Positions 1-7,512 of a stretch of DNA of 24,000 nucleotides are shown here, one piece after another; positions within the stretch are counted from its first letter, which is position 1, and the number at the start of each line of letters is the position of its first letter. The stretch is from Spirulina major PCC 6313 (GTDB taxonomy: Bacteria; Cyanobacteriota; Cyanobacteriia; Cyanobacteriales; Spirulinaceae). A model generated the notes under the pieces. That model did not search any database. It was not told the DNA's origin and worked only from the letters and a program-made list of their open reading frames with translations. Made by a program: the position numbers and the translations under genes. The stretch covers positions 643,625 through 667,624 of the forward strand of contig NZ_KV878783.1 in the NCBI RefSeq assembly GCF_001890765.1, read 5' to 3'.

Positions 1-1
1 T

Positions 2-487
2 ACCGTTGCCGCTGGGGGCTACGCCAAAGAAGTGTCCGCAGCCGCCCAGCAAAAAACCCAAGCGGTGCTCACGGAACATATCGCCAACTCCGACGTAGTG
101 ATCACCACCGCCCAAGTCCCCGGCAAACGTGCCCCCATCCTCGTCACCGCTGCCATGGTGGAAGGCATGGCCCCCGGTTCGGTGATCGTCGATCTGGCCG
201 CCAACCAAGGCGGCAACTGCGAAGTGACTGATCCCGGCAAAGATATCAATTACCACGGCGTAACGGTGATTGGCCCGACGAATTTACCCTCCTCCATGCC
301 TGTCCACGCCAGCCAACTCTACGCGAAAAATATCGCCACGTTGCTGCAATATTTGGTCAAAGATAACGCGATCAACCTCGATTTTGAAGACGACATTATT
401 CGCGATACCTGCATCACCCACGCCGGTGAAATTCGTAGCGATCGCGTCAAAACCGCCCTCGGAATTAGCAGTGAAGTGCAGGTATAG
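2..487 (+). CDS. pntAA: NAD(P) transhydrogenase alpha subunit part 1 (PntAA), C-terminal part. The gene starts upstream of the window.
   Basis: The reading frame is open from base 2 (TVAAGGYAKEVSAAAQQK...). The sequence VVITTAQVPGKRAPILVT...GSVIVDLAANQGGNCE is the dIII-proximal NAD-binding region typical of PntA. It is followed by pntAB and pntB in the canonical order. Confidence 0.9.
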   Translation, partial: TVAAGGYAKEVSAAAQQKTQAVLTEHIANSDVVITTAQVPGKRAPILVTAAMVEGMAPGSVIVDLAANQGGNCEVTDPGKDINYHGVTVIGPTNLPSSMPVHASQLYAKNIATLLQYLVKDNAINLDFEDDIIRDTCITHAGEIRSDRVKTALGISSEVQV

Positions 488-513
488 CCCCCCGGTTGCC
501 ACGGGCCATCTCG

Positions 514-545
514 CCTCACCCCAGCCCGCTCGCCGGGTGGTGAGG
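514..545 (+). promoter_or_regulatory. GC-rich stem-loop in the pntAA-pntAB intercistronic spacer
   Basis: cctcacc (514-520) pairs with ggtgagg (539-545), and an inner cccg/cggg stem is also possible. No strong T-tract follows. It could be a processing, attenuation or mRNA-stability element. Confidence 0.3.
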
Positions 546-582
546 ACTGCTGACATTTTCTAGTAATGGAACTTTTTTTCTA

Positions 583-864
583 ATGACCACTGCAACGTTA
601 ATTACCTGTTTATTTGTCTTCGTTCTCGCCTCCTTTGTGGGCTTTGAAGTGATCAACAAAGTGCCACCCACCCTCCACACGCCCCTCATGTCCGGAGCTA
701 ATGCCATTTCCGGCATCGCTGTCCTGGGGGCGATCTTGGTGTCGGGTTCCTTGGGTTGGAGTGTCAGTATTATTCTCGGCTTAATCGCTGTGGTGCTGGC
801 CACGATTAATGTCATCGGTGGATTTCTCGTCACCGATCGCATGCTGGTGATGTTTAAAAAATAG
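583..864 (+). CDS. pntAB: NAD(P) transhydrogenase alpha subunit part 2 (PntAB), a small membrane subunit
   Basis: The 93-aa product is very hydrophobic (about 3 TM helices). It contains the conserved [13 protein letters not shown] motif and lies between pntAA and pntB. Confidence 0.9.
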   Translation: MTTATLITCLFVFVLASFVGFEVINKVPPTLHTPLMSGANAISGIAVLGAILVSGSLGWSVSIILGLIAVVLATINVIGGFLVTDRMLVMFKK

Positions 865-876
865 GAGCGAAACCCC

Positions 877-2289
877 ATGACCCTCTCAACCTTTCTCCCC
901 ACGGGGATTCAACTCAGCTATCTCGTCGCTGCCTCCCTGTTCATCATTGGCTTAAAACAACTCGGCTCCCCCGCCACAGCGCGGCGCGGTAATCAATTGG
1001 CCGCTGTGGGGATGTTCCTCGCGGTGGTGGCAACACTGTTAGAGCAACAGGTGTTGAACTACCCGATGATCCTCGGCGGCATTGTCGTTGGGGGCGTAAT
1101 CGGGGCGATCGCGGCCTATCGGGTCGCCATGACCGCCATGCCCCAAATGGTGGGGATTTTCAACGGCTTAGGGGGGGCAGCGTCGGCCCTCGTGGCGATC
1201 GCCGAATTTTGGCGGCTCCTCTCCACCGGCGACCCCCTCAGCCTCACCTCCCTCGTAACGATCATCCTCGGCATCCTGATCGGCGGTGTCACCCTCACCG
1301 GCAGCCTGATCGCCTTCGGCAAACTCCAAGGCCTGCTCCCCGGTGCGCCCTTCCTCTTCCCACTGCAACAACCCCTCAACGCCCTTTTGGTAATTGGGTT
1401 TCTTGTGGGCAGCGTCTTCTTTTGCCTTGAACCGAGCAACTTTCCCATCTTCATCGGGCTAATCGTCGCCTCCCTAATTTTAGGGATCGCGGTGGTAATT
1501 CCCATCGGGGGCGGTGATATGCCCGTGGTGATTTCCCTGCTCAACTCCTATTCTGGACTCGCCGCCGCCGCTGCCGGGTTTGTGGTCAACAACAACATGC
1601 TGATCATTGCCGGGGCCTTGGTGGGGGCATCGGGGATCATCCTCACCAACATCATGTGCAAAGCGATGAACCGCTCGATCTTTAACGTCCTCTTTGCCGG
1701 TTTCGGGTCTGAAACGAGCACAGGCGCAGCATCAGCAGCAGGTAGCAACGCACAGCAAACGGTGAAAAGCATTGACAGTGAAGAAGGCGCGATGATGCTC
1801 GGCTATGCCCGTTCCGTGGTGATTGTGCCCGGTTACGGCATGGCCGTGGCCCAAGCCCAGCACACCGTTAAAGAATTGGTGGATCAGTTGGAATCCATGG
1901 GCGTGGATGTGAAATATGCCATTCACCCCGTCGCGGGACGGATGCCCGGTCACATGAATGTCTTGCTCGCTGAAGCGAATGTGCCCTATCCGCAACTGTG
2001 CGATATGGATGATATTAATCCTCAATTTGAACAGACCGATGTGGCGTTGATTATTGGCGCAAATGATGTGGTCAACCCGGCCGCTCGCCATGATAAGAGC
2101 AGTCCGATCTACGGAATGCCGATCCTCGAAGTGGATAAAGCCAAACATGCGATCGTGATTAAGCGCGGCATGGGTACGGGCTTTTCTGGGGTACAGAATG
2201 AATTGTTTTTCCAGGACAAAACCCTAATGCTCTTTGGCAGTGCAAAGGATGTGGTGGGTCAGTTGGCTTCAGAAGTGAAGCAACTGTAA
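877..2289 (+). CDS. pntB: NAD(P) transhydrogenase beta subunit (PntB)
   Basis: The 470-aa product has a polytopic N-terminal membrane domain and a C-terminal dIII NADP(H) domain (VIVPGYGMAVAQAQH...HPVAGRMPGHMNVLLAEA...IGANDVVNP). Confidence 0.95.
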   Translation: MTLSTFLPTGIQLSYLVAASLFIIGLKQLGSPATARRGNQLAAVGMFLAVVATLLEQQVLNYPMILGGIVVGGVIGAIAAYRVAMTAMPQMVGIFNGLGGAASALVAIAEFWRLLSTGDPLSLTSLVTIILGILIGGVTLTGSLIAFGKLQGLLPGAPFLFPLQQPLNALLVIGFLVGSVFFCLEPSNFPIFIGLIVASLILGIAVVIPIGGGDMPVVISLLNSYSGLAAAAAGFVVNNNMLIIAGALVGASGIILTNIMCKAMNRSIFNVLFAGFGSETSTGAASAAGSNAQQTVKSIDSEEGAMMLGYARSVVIVPGYGMAVAQAQHTVKELVDQLESMGVDVKYAIHPVAGRMPGHMNVLLAEANVPYPQLCDMDDINPQFEQTDVALIIGANDVVNPAARHDKSSPIYGMPILEVDKAKHAIVIKRGMGTGFSGVQNELFFQDKTLMLFGSAKDVVGQLASEVKQL

Positions 2290-2394
2290 CCGCAGATTGT
2301 GCCATTGATGTTGAGAATTGATAGCACTAGCCAGGGTAGTTAGGATCTGAGTGCAGGACAAACAATCAGGCTTTGACTGAAACCCTGATGATTT

Positions 2395-2540
2395 CCTAGT
2401 GGACTGTCTAGTGTCTTGTCTAGCTTAAAAAGGTGAGTTGTTATCCAGAGGGGTGAGCGGGGTCGAACCCCGGAGCACCAGACTTCGACTTCGCTCAGTC
2501 TTCAAGTTACTTGCCATCTGAGGCTAGACAGTCCACTAGG
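2395..2540. repeat. Perfect 17-bp inverted repeats (cctagtggactgtctag / ctagacagtccactagg) enclosing a 112-nt structured core. It could be a MITE-like element or a structured RNA.
   Basis: Direct reading shows that 2395-2411 is the exact reverse complement of 2524-2540. The core contains a 28-nt GC-rich stem-loop (ggtgagcggggtcgaaccccggagcacc) and a tandem acttcg duplication. Confidence 0.5.
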
Positions 2541-2725
2541 TTGGGTGGAACGATAGCAAAACTCAACACGCTCCCTAAAAATTCATAGTCTGTCGTGCGG
2601 GCATCTTGCCCGCTGGGATCAGACAAAATAGGGAGCAGGATGCTCCCACCCCATCAAAATCAAGATGCCGCCGTATATTTCAACGTTTGTCCTGGCCTCA
2701 GAGTGAGGATATCCAAAGACTCTGG

Positions 2726-2754
2726 AACAAGGGGCTTAAGCCCCTTGCCTGTCC
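2726..2754 (+). repeat. 29-nt dispersed palindromic repeat (aacaaggggcttaagccccttgcctgtcc), copy 1
   Basis: It contains the hairpin caaggggc-ttaa-gccccttg. The exact reverse complement occurs at 21870-21898. Confidence 0.6.
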
Positions 2755-2789
2755 TAACGCATTTGTCCATTGCCATAGCGCTCAAAAAA

Positions 2790-2815
2790 GAGGTGGAGTG
2801 TTCCACCTCTTTTTT
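2790..2815 (-). terminator. Rho-independent terminator downstream of chlM, symmetric and therefore potentially bidirectional
   Basis: An 8-bp stem gaggtgga / tccacctc has the loop gtgt, flanked by A6 on one side and T6 on the other. It lies 28 nt beyond the chlM stop. Confidence 0.7.
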
Positions 2816-2842
2816 GGGTTTCAATCCGCGTGCCCTAGGGGG

Positions 2843-3526
2843 CTAATTGCGGACGGCTTCGATGGTTTGGGAAAAGTAGAAGCGGGTGCTGGTCATATTT
2901 TTGCGCTCAATGTGAAAGCCTTGATCAATCAAAATGGTGATGATTTCGCTGGCTCGATGGAGATAGGCGCGGGTGGTTTTGCTGGGGCCGGGGAAAAATT
3001 CACCGACTTTTTTGAGTAGGCTTAACCCGAAGGTTTTGGGGGCAAAGCTCAAGATCAGCCGCGATGCGGCCAGGCTGGTGAGGTGGGCGATCATCTGTTC
3101 AATGTCGGCTTGGGGGTAGTGAATCAGGACATCGAGACAAATCACCGTATGGTAGCGGCCGGTGATCGATTCGAGGTCGCTGACGGCGAGGGTGAGTTTG
3201 GCGGGATCGGTGAGGTTCGTGGCGCGATCGCGCGCCTCCCCCACCATCTTGCTGGAAATATCACTGGCATACACCGTTGCCCCAGCATCGGCGAGGGGTA
3301 AGCTCAGACTCCCAACCCCACAGCCCGCATCACATACCGTCAAGCTCGATACATTCCCATCCGCCGCTAACCAGGCCAACACCGTATCAATGGTTTGTTG
3401 GTGGCCGTCGCGAATGTCAAGCTGTACCTTGTTTACTTCGCCATCGCCGTAGATGCGTCGCCAGCGGTCAAATCCTTGCGTATTGAAATACTCTTTAACA
3501 ATAGTCTTATCGTCTAGGGCAGTCAT
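2843..3526 (-). CDS. chlM: Mg-protoporphyrin IX methyltransferase
   Basis: The 227-aa product matches ChlM as I recall it, including DDKTIVKEYFN..GFDRWRRIYGDG, the SAM-binding DAGCGVGSLS motif, VICLDVLIHYP and LSFAPKT...PGPSKTTRAY. Confidence 0.95.
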   Translation of the reverse strand: MTALDDKTIVKEYFNTQGFDRWRRIYGDGEVNKVQLDIRDGHQQTIDTVLAWLAADGNVSSLTVCDAGCGVGSLSLPLADAGATVYASDISSKMVGEARDRATNLTDPAKLTLAVSDLESITGRYHTVICLDVLIHYPQADIEQMIAHLTSLAASRLILSFAPKTFGLSLLKKVGEFFPGPSKTTRAYLHRASEIITILIDQGFHIERKNMTSTRFYFSQTIEAVRN

Positions 3527-3916
3527 ACCGTATTGGGGAGGTAAAAATTCATTAAGTTACGTTTAAAACACTCTATCGGATTTTGCCCAAGCTACCGCCA
3601 AAACTTTGATCCGCTCCGGCATGGCAAAAGGGTGAACTCTCCGGATCAGAACGCTCTCTCTTTGAACGACAACACAAGCCTTGAGTCTTGCCCTCTAAAT
3701 CTATGCTGGAGTGTACCCCTAGGACGGTGGCTCATTCCCCATTGCACTGTAATCCCGTGGGCTTGACTCTGGCTGCTGTGGGTTTGGAGCGATCGCTAGA
3801 ACTCCAGCATTACCCCAACTGTCCTGATCGATCAGGCACTATTCTACGATAGAAAAACCAAGCGTATTGCCACACCCTTTCGCCCTGATTTGTTTCCCTC
3901 CCGCTCTTGTTCGTTA

Positions 3917-5299
3917 ATGCTGCGGCGTTTTGATCCCATGTCTAAGCCTGTCCTGTTCTGTGTTGCCCATGACCCTGAAATTCGTAACCAATTCCAACAG
4001 CAGCTTCAGGGCAACTATGCCGACCAGTATCACATCGAAAGCACAGAACATTGGGACTCCGCCCTCGCGCGGCTTAAAGATCTGCGCGGGATGGGCAACA
4101 TGCTCAACACACTGCTGTGGGATGTGCAGGCAATGCAGAGCGCAGAGGATATCGAAAGTTTGCGCCGCCATTTTCCGGTCGTTAGTCTGGTTCTGCTCTG
4201 TCCTGGTGATGAGCCGCCGCCTTGGTCATCATTCCCGGCAAAAATAGCCCCGCTCCACCTATCTACACCGTGGCGATCGCATGATTTAACCAATGTCATC
4301 AATACCGCGATTCAAAACTACAACCATCGTCACATTGTTGAGAACCAGCAGCAGATGATCGATGCTCTGCAATTTCAAAATGCTCAATTACTCAACACCT
4401 TAAAACAATCGAATCAAACCATTTTGCAGTCCAAAGCCCAACTCCTCGCACAGGATAAAATGTCAGTGTTGGGGCAAATGATTGCCGGAATCACCCATGA
4501 AATCAATAACCCTGTGGGCTTCATCGCCGGCAGCTTAAAGTATGCGCGGGAATACCTCAATGATTTAATTACAGCGATCCAGCTTTATCAAAAACATGAT
4601 CTCAGCTTTGATCCAGATTTCGAGGCTCAGATTAAAGACCTCGATCTAGATTACCTCATTGAAGACTTTCCAAATCTTCTCAATGCGATGCAAGAAGGCA
4701 CGGATTTACTTCGTAAAATCAGCACCTCAGCCCGGATTTTTTCTCGCTCAGATCAAGAACAAAAAGTTGAATTTGATGTACATAAAATTATCGAAAGTGC
4801 CTTGATGTTGTTGAAACATCGCCTCAAAGCAACGATGTCTCGTCCGGCCATTACGATCATTCGTGAATATGAAGATTTGCCGCTGTTGTGGTGTTATCCG
4901 GGGCAACTCAGTCAGGTGTTTCTCAATGTGTTGGTCAATGCAGTGGATGCGTTTGAGGAAGCAAATACCGGCAAGTCCTATGATGAGTTAGAAATTCACC
5001 CCAACCAGATTACGATCGCATCCCACTACAAGCCGGAGACTCACCAGATTCTCATTGCCATTCGTGACAATGCTGGCGGCCTCGATGATGCGATCCATGC
5101 TCGAATTTTTGAGACCCTATTCACCACAAAATCAGTGGGCAAGGGAACCGGGCTAGGACTCCCCATCTGTCAACGGATCGTAGAAACCCAACACCATGGC
5201 ACGTTGCGATCGATGTCTTGCTGGCAGGAAGGAATGCAGTTTGTGGTGGAGTTGCCCCTAGAGAAGGCGTTGGGGGATTTCTCGGTTGAGCCAGGTTAG
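3917..5299 (+). CDS. Sensor histidine kinase with an N-terminal receiver-like domain. The start is uncertain: TTG 3890, ATG 3917 or ATG 3938.
   Basis: It has an H-box (GITHEINNPVGFI), an N-box (NVLVNAVDA) and G-boxes (RDNAGG, GKGTGLGLPICQRIV). The N-terminal ~130 aa has a REC-like strand pattern (VLFCVAHD...LLWDV...LVLLC). Confidence 0.9.
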   Translation: MLRRFDPMSKPVLFCVAHDPEIRNQFQQQLQGNYADQYHIESTEHWDSALARLKDLRGMGNMLNTLLWDVQAMQSAEDIESLRRHFPVVSLVLLCPGDEPPPWSSFPAKIAPLHLSTPWRSHDLTNVINTAIQNYNHRHIVENQQQMIDALQFQNAQLLNTLKQSNQTILQSKAQLLAQDKMSVLGQMIAGITHEINNPVGFIAGSLKYAREYLNDLITAIQLYQKHDLSFDPDFEAQIKDLDLDYLIEDFPNLLNAMQEGTDLLRKISTSARIFSRSDQEQKVEFDVHKIIESALMLLKHRLKATMSRPAITIIREYEDLPLLWCYPGQLSQVFLNVLVNAVDAFEEANTGKSYDELEIHPNQITIASHYKPETHQILIAIRDNAGGLDDAIHARIFETLFTTKSVGKGTGLGLPICQRIVETQHHGTLRSMSCWQEGMQFVVELPLEKALGDFSVEPG

Positions 5300-5572
5300 A
5301 AAGCCCGCATTGACGGAATCTGGGGTCAGTTCTAGGATGCAGTGGGTATAGTCGATCTGCTCACGGATCACCTGTTCGAGGCGATCGCGATAGCCCGCCT
5401 GCGTTTTGACAATCAAAACGGTTTCCGGTTCAGTGACAATCTCGCCCTCCCAGCGATAGGCACAGGTGATCGGAAACCAATTGGTACAGAGGGCGAGATT
5501 TTGACGGAGAAGAGCGTGGCTAATCGTTTGCGCTTCCTCAGCAGTGTTCAGGGTAATGTAGTAGAGTCGCAT
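5258..5572 (-). CDS. cutA: Divalent-cation tolerance protein CutA
   Basis: Only the last 104 aa of the 230-aa ORF (MRLYYITLNTAEEAQTI...CAYRWEGEIVTEPETVLIVKT...) have CutA1 length and motifs. The ATG at 5572 was verified in the sequence. The 3' end overlaps the kinase gene by 42 nt. Confidence 0.85.
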   Translation of the reverse strand: MRLYYITLNTAEEAQTISHALLRQNLALCTNWFPITCAYRWEGEIVTEPETVLIVKTQAGYRDRLEQVIREQIDYTHCILELTPDSVNAGFLTWLNREIPQRLL

Positions 5573-5677
5573 GGCAAAACCGTCACAGATGCAGGCAGAC
5601 AGAATGCTTTGATTCGTGCTTTGATTGTATCGAATCAGATGGGATAAAACCGTGGAATTTAATTGTTTTAATAAGAG

Positions 5678-5986
5678 ATGATGGTGGTTTGGATTGTGGT
5701 TTTTAACGTAGCGATCGCAGCATTCAACGGTTATCTCGTTTGGAAAATCTGTCGGTGGCGGCGGTGTCTTCGTCACACCCACCACACCCTGATCCGGATC
5801 GAACGCCAAGCCCGCCGCATTCTTCAGCCCACCCCCTTGATTCTCCACCAGGGAGCCATCCACGCCCAAAACACCCGCTCCGCTTACCAAACTCTCCAGC
5901 GCCAAACTCACCAACTGCAACAACTTTTGACGCTCCTCAATCTTCTGCATAAACTATGGCAGGGCAACCCCTACGGCGGGCGATAG
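5678..5986 (+). CDS. Hypothetical small membrane protein with one N-terminal TM helix and a Q/L-rich C-terminal helix
   Basis: The 102-aa ORF has the C-ending third-position codon bias seen in the confident genes here. It is separated from the cutA start by a 105-bp AT-rich spacer that would suit divergent promoters. The competing minus-strand ORF uses the same triplet register but has a poorer third-position bias. Confidence 0.45.
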   Translation: MMVVWIVVFNVAIAAFNGYLVWKICRWRRCLRHTHHTLIRIERQARRILQPTPLILHQGAIHAQNTRSAYQTLQRQTHQLQQLLTLLNLLHKLWQGNPYGGR

Positions 5987-6046
5987 GCAAGCGAGGGGTC
6001 GCAAATCTGCCTACAATATAGAGACGGACGCACATTCACACTTGGC

Positions 6047-6391
6047 ATGGCAAAAAAAACTGGGGCATTTTTAGGGGGAATTTTCTTGGGTAGCACCGTG
6101 GGAACCCTGGTGGGGCTGTTGGCTGCGCCTCGGTCTGGACGAGAAACCCGGCAAATTCTGAAAAAATCCGCCGAAGCCCTACCAGAATTAGCCGAAGACT
6201 TGTCGAGTACGGTGCAATTACAAGCGGATCGGCTGTCTGAATCGGCCCTGAAACGTTGGGATGGCACTTTGGCACGGTTACGGGAGGCGATCGCGGCGGG
6301 AATCGAAGCCAGCCAAGCCCAAAACCAAGCCCTCCACGATTCTGATGCTCCTCAATCGGAGTCTTCTTCTTCTGTTGTAGACCCTTTGTAG
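6047..6391 (+). CDS. YtxH-domain protein (general-stress-like membrane-anchored helical protein)
   Basis: The N-terminus GAFLGGIFLGSTVGTLVGLLAAPRSGRETRQ is the signature YtxH motif. A helical region follows. Confidence 0.85.
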   Translation: MAKKTGAFLGGIFLGSTVGTLVGLLAAPRSGRETRQILKKSAEALPELAEDLSSTVQLQADRLSESALKRWDGTLARLREAIAAGIEASQAQNQALHDSDAPQSESSSSVVDPL

Positions 6392-6394
6392 GCG

Positions 6395-6856
6395 GTGGGC
6401 TTGAACGTGATTGACCCTCTGTTTTGGTTAGGATTGTCCTTACTGTTGGTGGCGGTCAGTCTTACGGCTGTGTTGATTGCAGCCTTGCCCGCCTTCCGGG
6501 ATCTGTCGCGAGCTTCGCGCAGTGCGGAAAAACTGTTTGATACCCTCTGCCGTGAATTTCCCCCCACCCTTGAAGCGATTCGGTTAACGGGGTTAGAAAT
6601 TACAGAATTAACCGATGAACTCAATGATGGGGTTGCCCGTGCCGCCCAAGTGGCGCAACAGGTGGACACGAGTTTGACGACGGTGCGCCAACAAGTCCGC
6701 CGCGCCCACCATGGCACGCGCACGGTCCTCGTTGGCCTGAAGGCGGCGTGGAAAACCTTCCGTCAGCCCGCTCGCCGCTCTAAACCCCGCGCCCGGATGA
6801 CGGATCAAACGCGGATGTTACCGTCGGGGCGCGATCGCACCCCACCGCCGCCATAA
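6395..6856 (+). CDS. DUF948-like membrane protein (GTG start), a partner of the YtxH gene
   Basis: It starts 3 nt after the YtxH stop. It has one TM helix, then a long helical region and a basic tail. YtxH/DUF948 pairing is a known arrangement in other phyla, as I recall it. Confidence 0.75.
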   Translation: MGLNVIDPLFWLGLSLLLVAVSLTAVLIAALPAFRDLSRASRSAEKLFDTLCREFPPTLEAIRLTGLEITELTDELNDGVARAAQVAQQVDTSLTTVRQQVRRAHHGTRTVLVGLKAAWKTFRQPARRSKPRARMTDQTRMLPSGRDRTPPPP

Positions 6857-6912
6857 ATCCCCAACGTAGGCCGTCAAAGCGACCCGGTGAAGCGATCCAC
6901 TTCAGATCCGGG

Positions 6913-7320
6913 TTATTGGGGGTTCTCGTTGGTTAGCACCACTCGCCGCTGATTGGGGGCTAAGCGGCCGCTTTGCTCTTGCATGACGCTACCGGCTTGG
7001 GTGGGGTCAAAGCTACGGTTAAAATTCTTTTGCAATTCTGCGACTTCTTGCTCGGTGGCCTGGACTTGGTTGCGGATTTCCTGAAGCTTTGCCTGTTGAC
7101 TCCAATAGTAGGGAAAGAGATTACTGAGCGTTGCGATCGCCGCTGCGGAAAGTACACCATTCACCATGACTTTTAGCAGGGTTTCCGTCGTCACCCCTCG
7201 GTATTGACGGGACGGACGACGGCGGGCGCTACGACGTTGCATCGGCACAACACGGCGACCCGGCAGCGGCGTGACCGACCGGGGAGTCGGAGATTCAATC
7301 GGTTTACGAAGTGCGCTCAT
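6913..7320 (-). CDS. Hypothetical bitopic coiled-coil membrane protein with FtsB/DivIC-like architecture
   Basis: The 135-aa product has a basic N-terminus, one TM helix (VMVNGVLSAAAIATLSNLF) and then a coiled coil (QQAKLQEIRNQVQATEQEVAELQKNF). The call rests on architecture only. Confidence 0.65.
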   Translation of the reverse strand: MSALRKPIESPTPRSVTPLPGRRVVPMQRRSARRRPSRQYRGVTTETLLKVMVNGVLSAAAIATLSNLFPYYWSQQAKLQEIRNQVQATEQEVAELQKNFNRSFDPTQAGSVMQEQSGRLAPNQRRVVLTNENPQ

Positions 7321-7512
7321 AGCAAATGTCCTGTTATTGCGACAAAGATCCCATCATTCAAGCAAAATGATGAATTTGAATCTCATACTAACCCTGAAGC
7401 CAAAATCTTACGAAAATAGTGCGGGAGTCTGAAAGCCCCGTCAATTGATTGCGGGGATGAAAGACGACACGAGCGACGTTAGTCGCCCTCCCTGGGCCAG
7501 TCGTGTTAGGTT

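Noticed and set aside
2440-2480. tRNA or tmRNA-like fragment suggested by gggtcgaacccc (GGTTCGA-like on the minus strand)
   Set aside because: The stem closes a 5-nt loop, not the 7-nt T-loop. I could not build an acceptor, anticodon or D arm on either strand. It is just a GC hairpin inside the inverted-repeat unit.
2595-3019. ORFs 2595-2846 and 2606-3019 (83 and 137 aa)
   Set aside because: They run through intergenic hairpin repeats and then antisense into chlM. Their peptide content (GLSPLPVL-type repeat translations) is typical of translated palindromic repeats.
5573-5950. N-terminal 126-codon extension of the cutA ORF (230-aa ORF in the track)
   Set aside because: CutA proteins are about 105-115 aa, and the recognisable domain starts at the Met encoded at 5572. 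The extension is low-complexity and has poor third-position bias. A better plus-strand ORF occupies the same codon register.
6882-6913. Imperfect hairpin (acccggtgaag...cttcagatccgggt) between the convergent DUF948-like and coiled-coil genes as a bidirectional terminator
   Set aside because: The stem is interrupted and neither side has a U-tract. It is plausible, but too weak to list as a feature.
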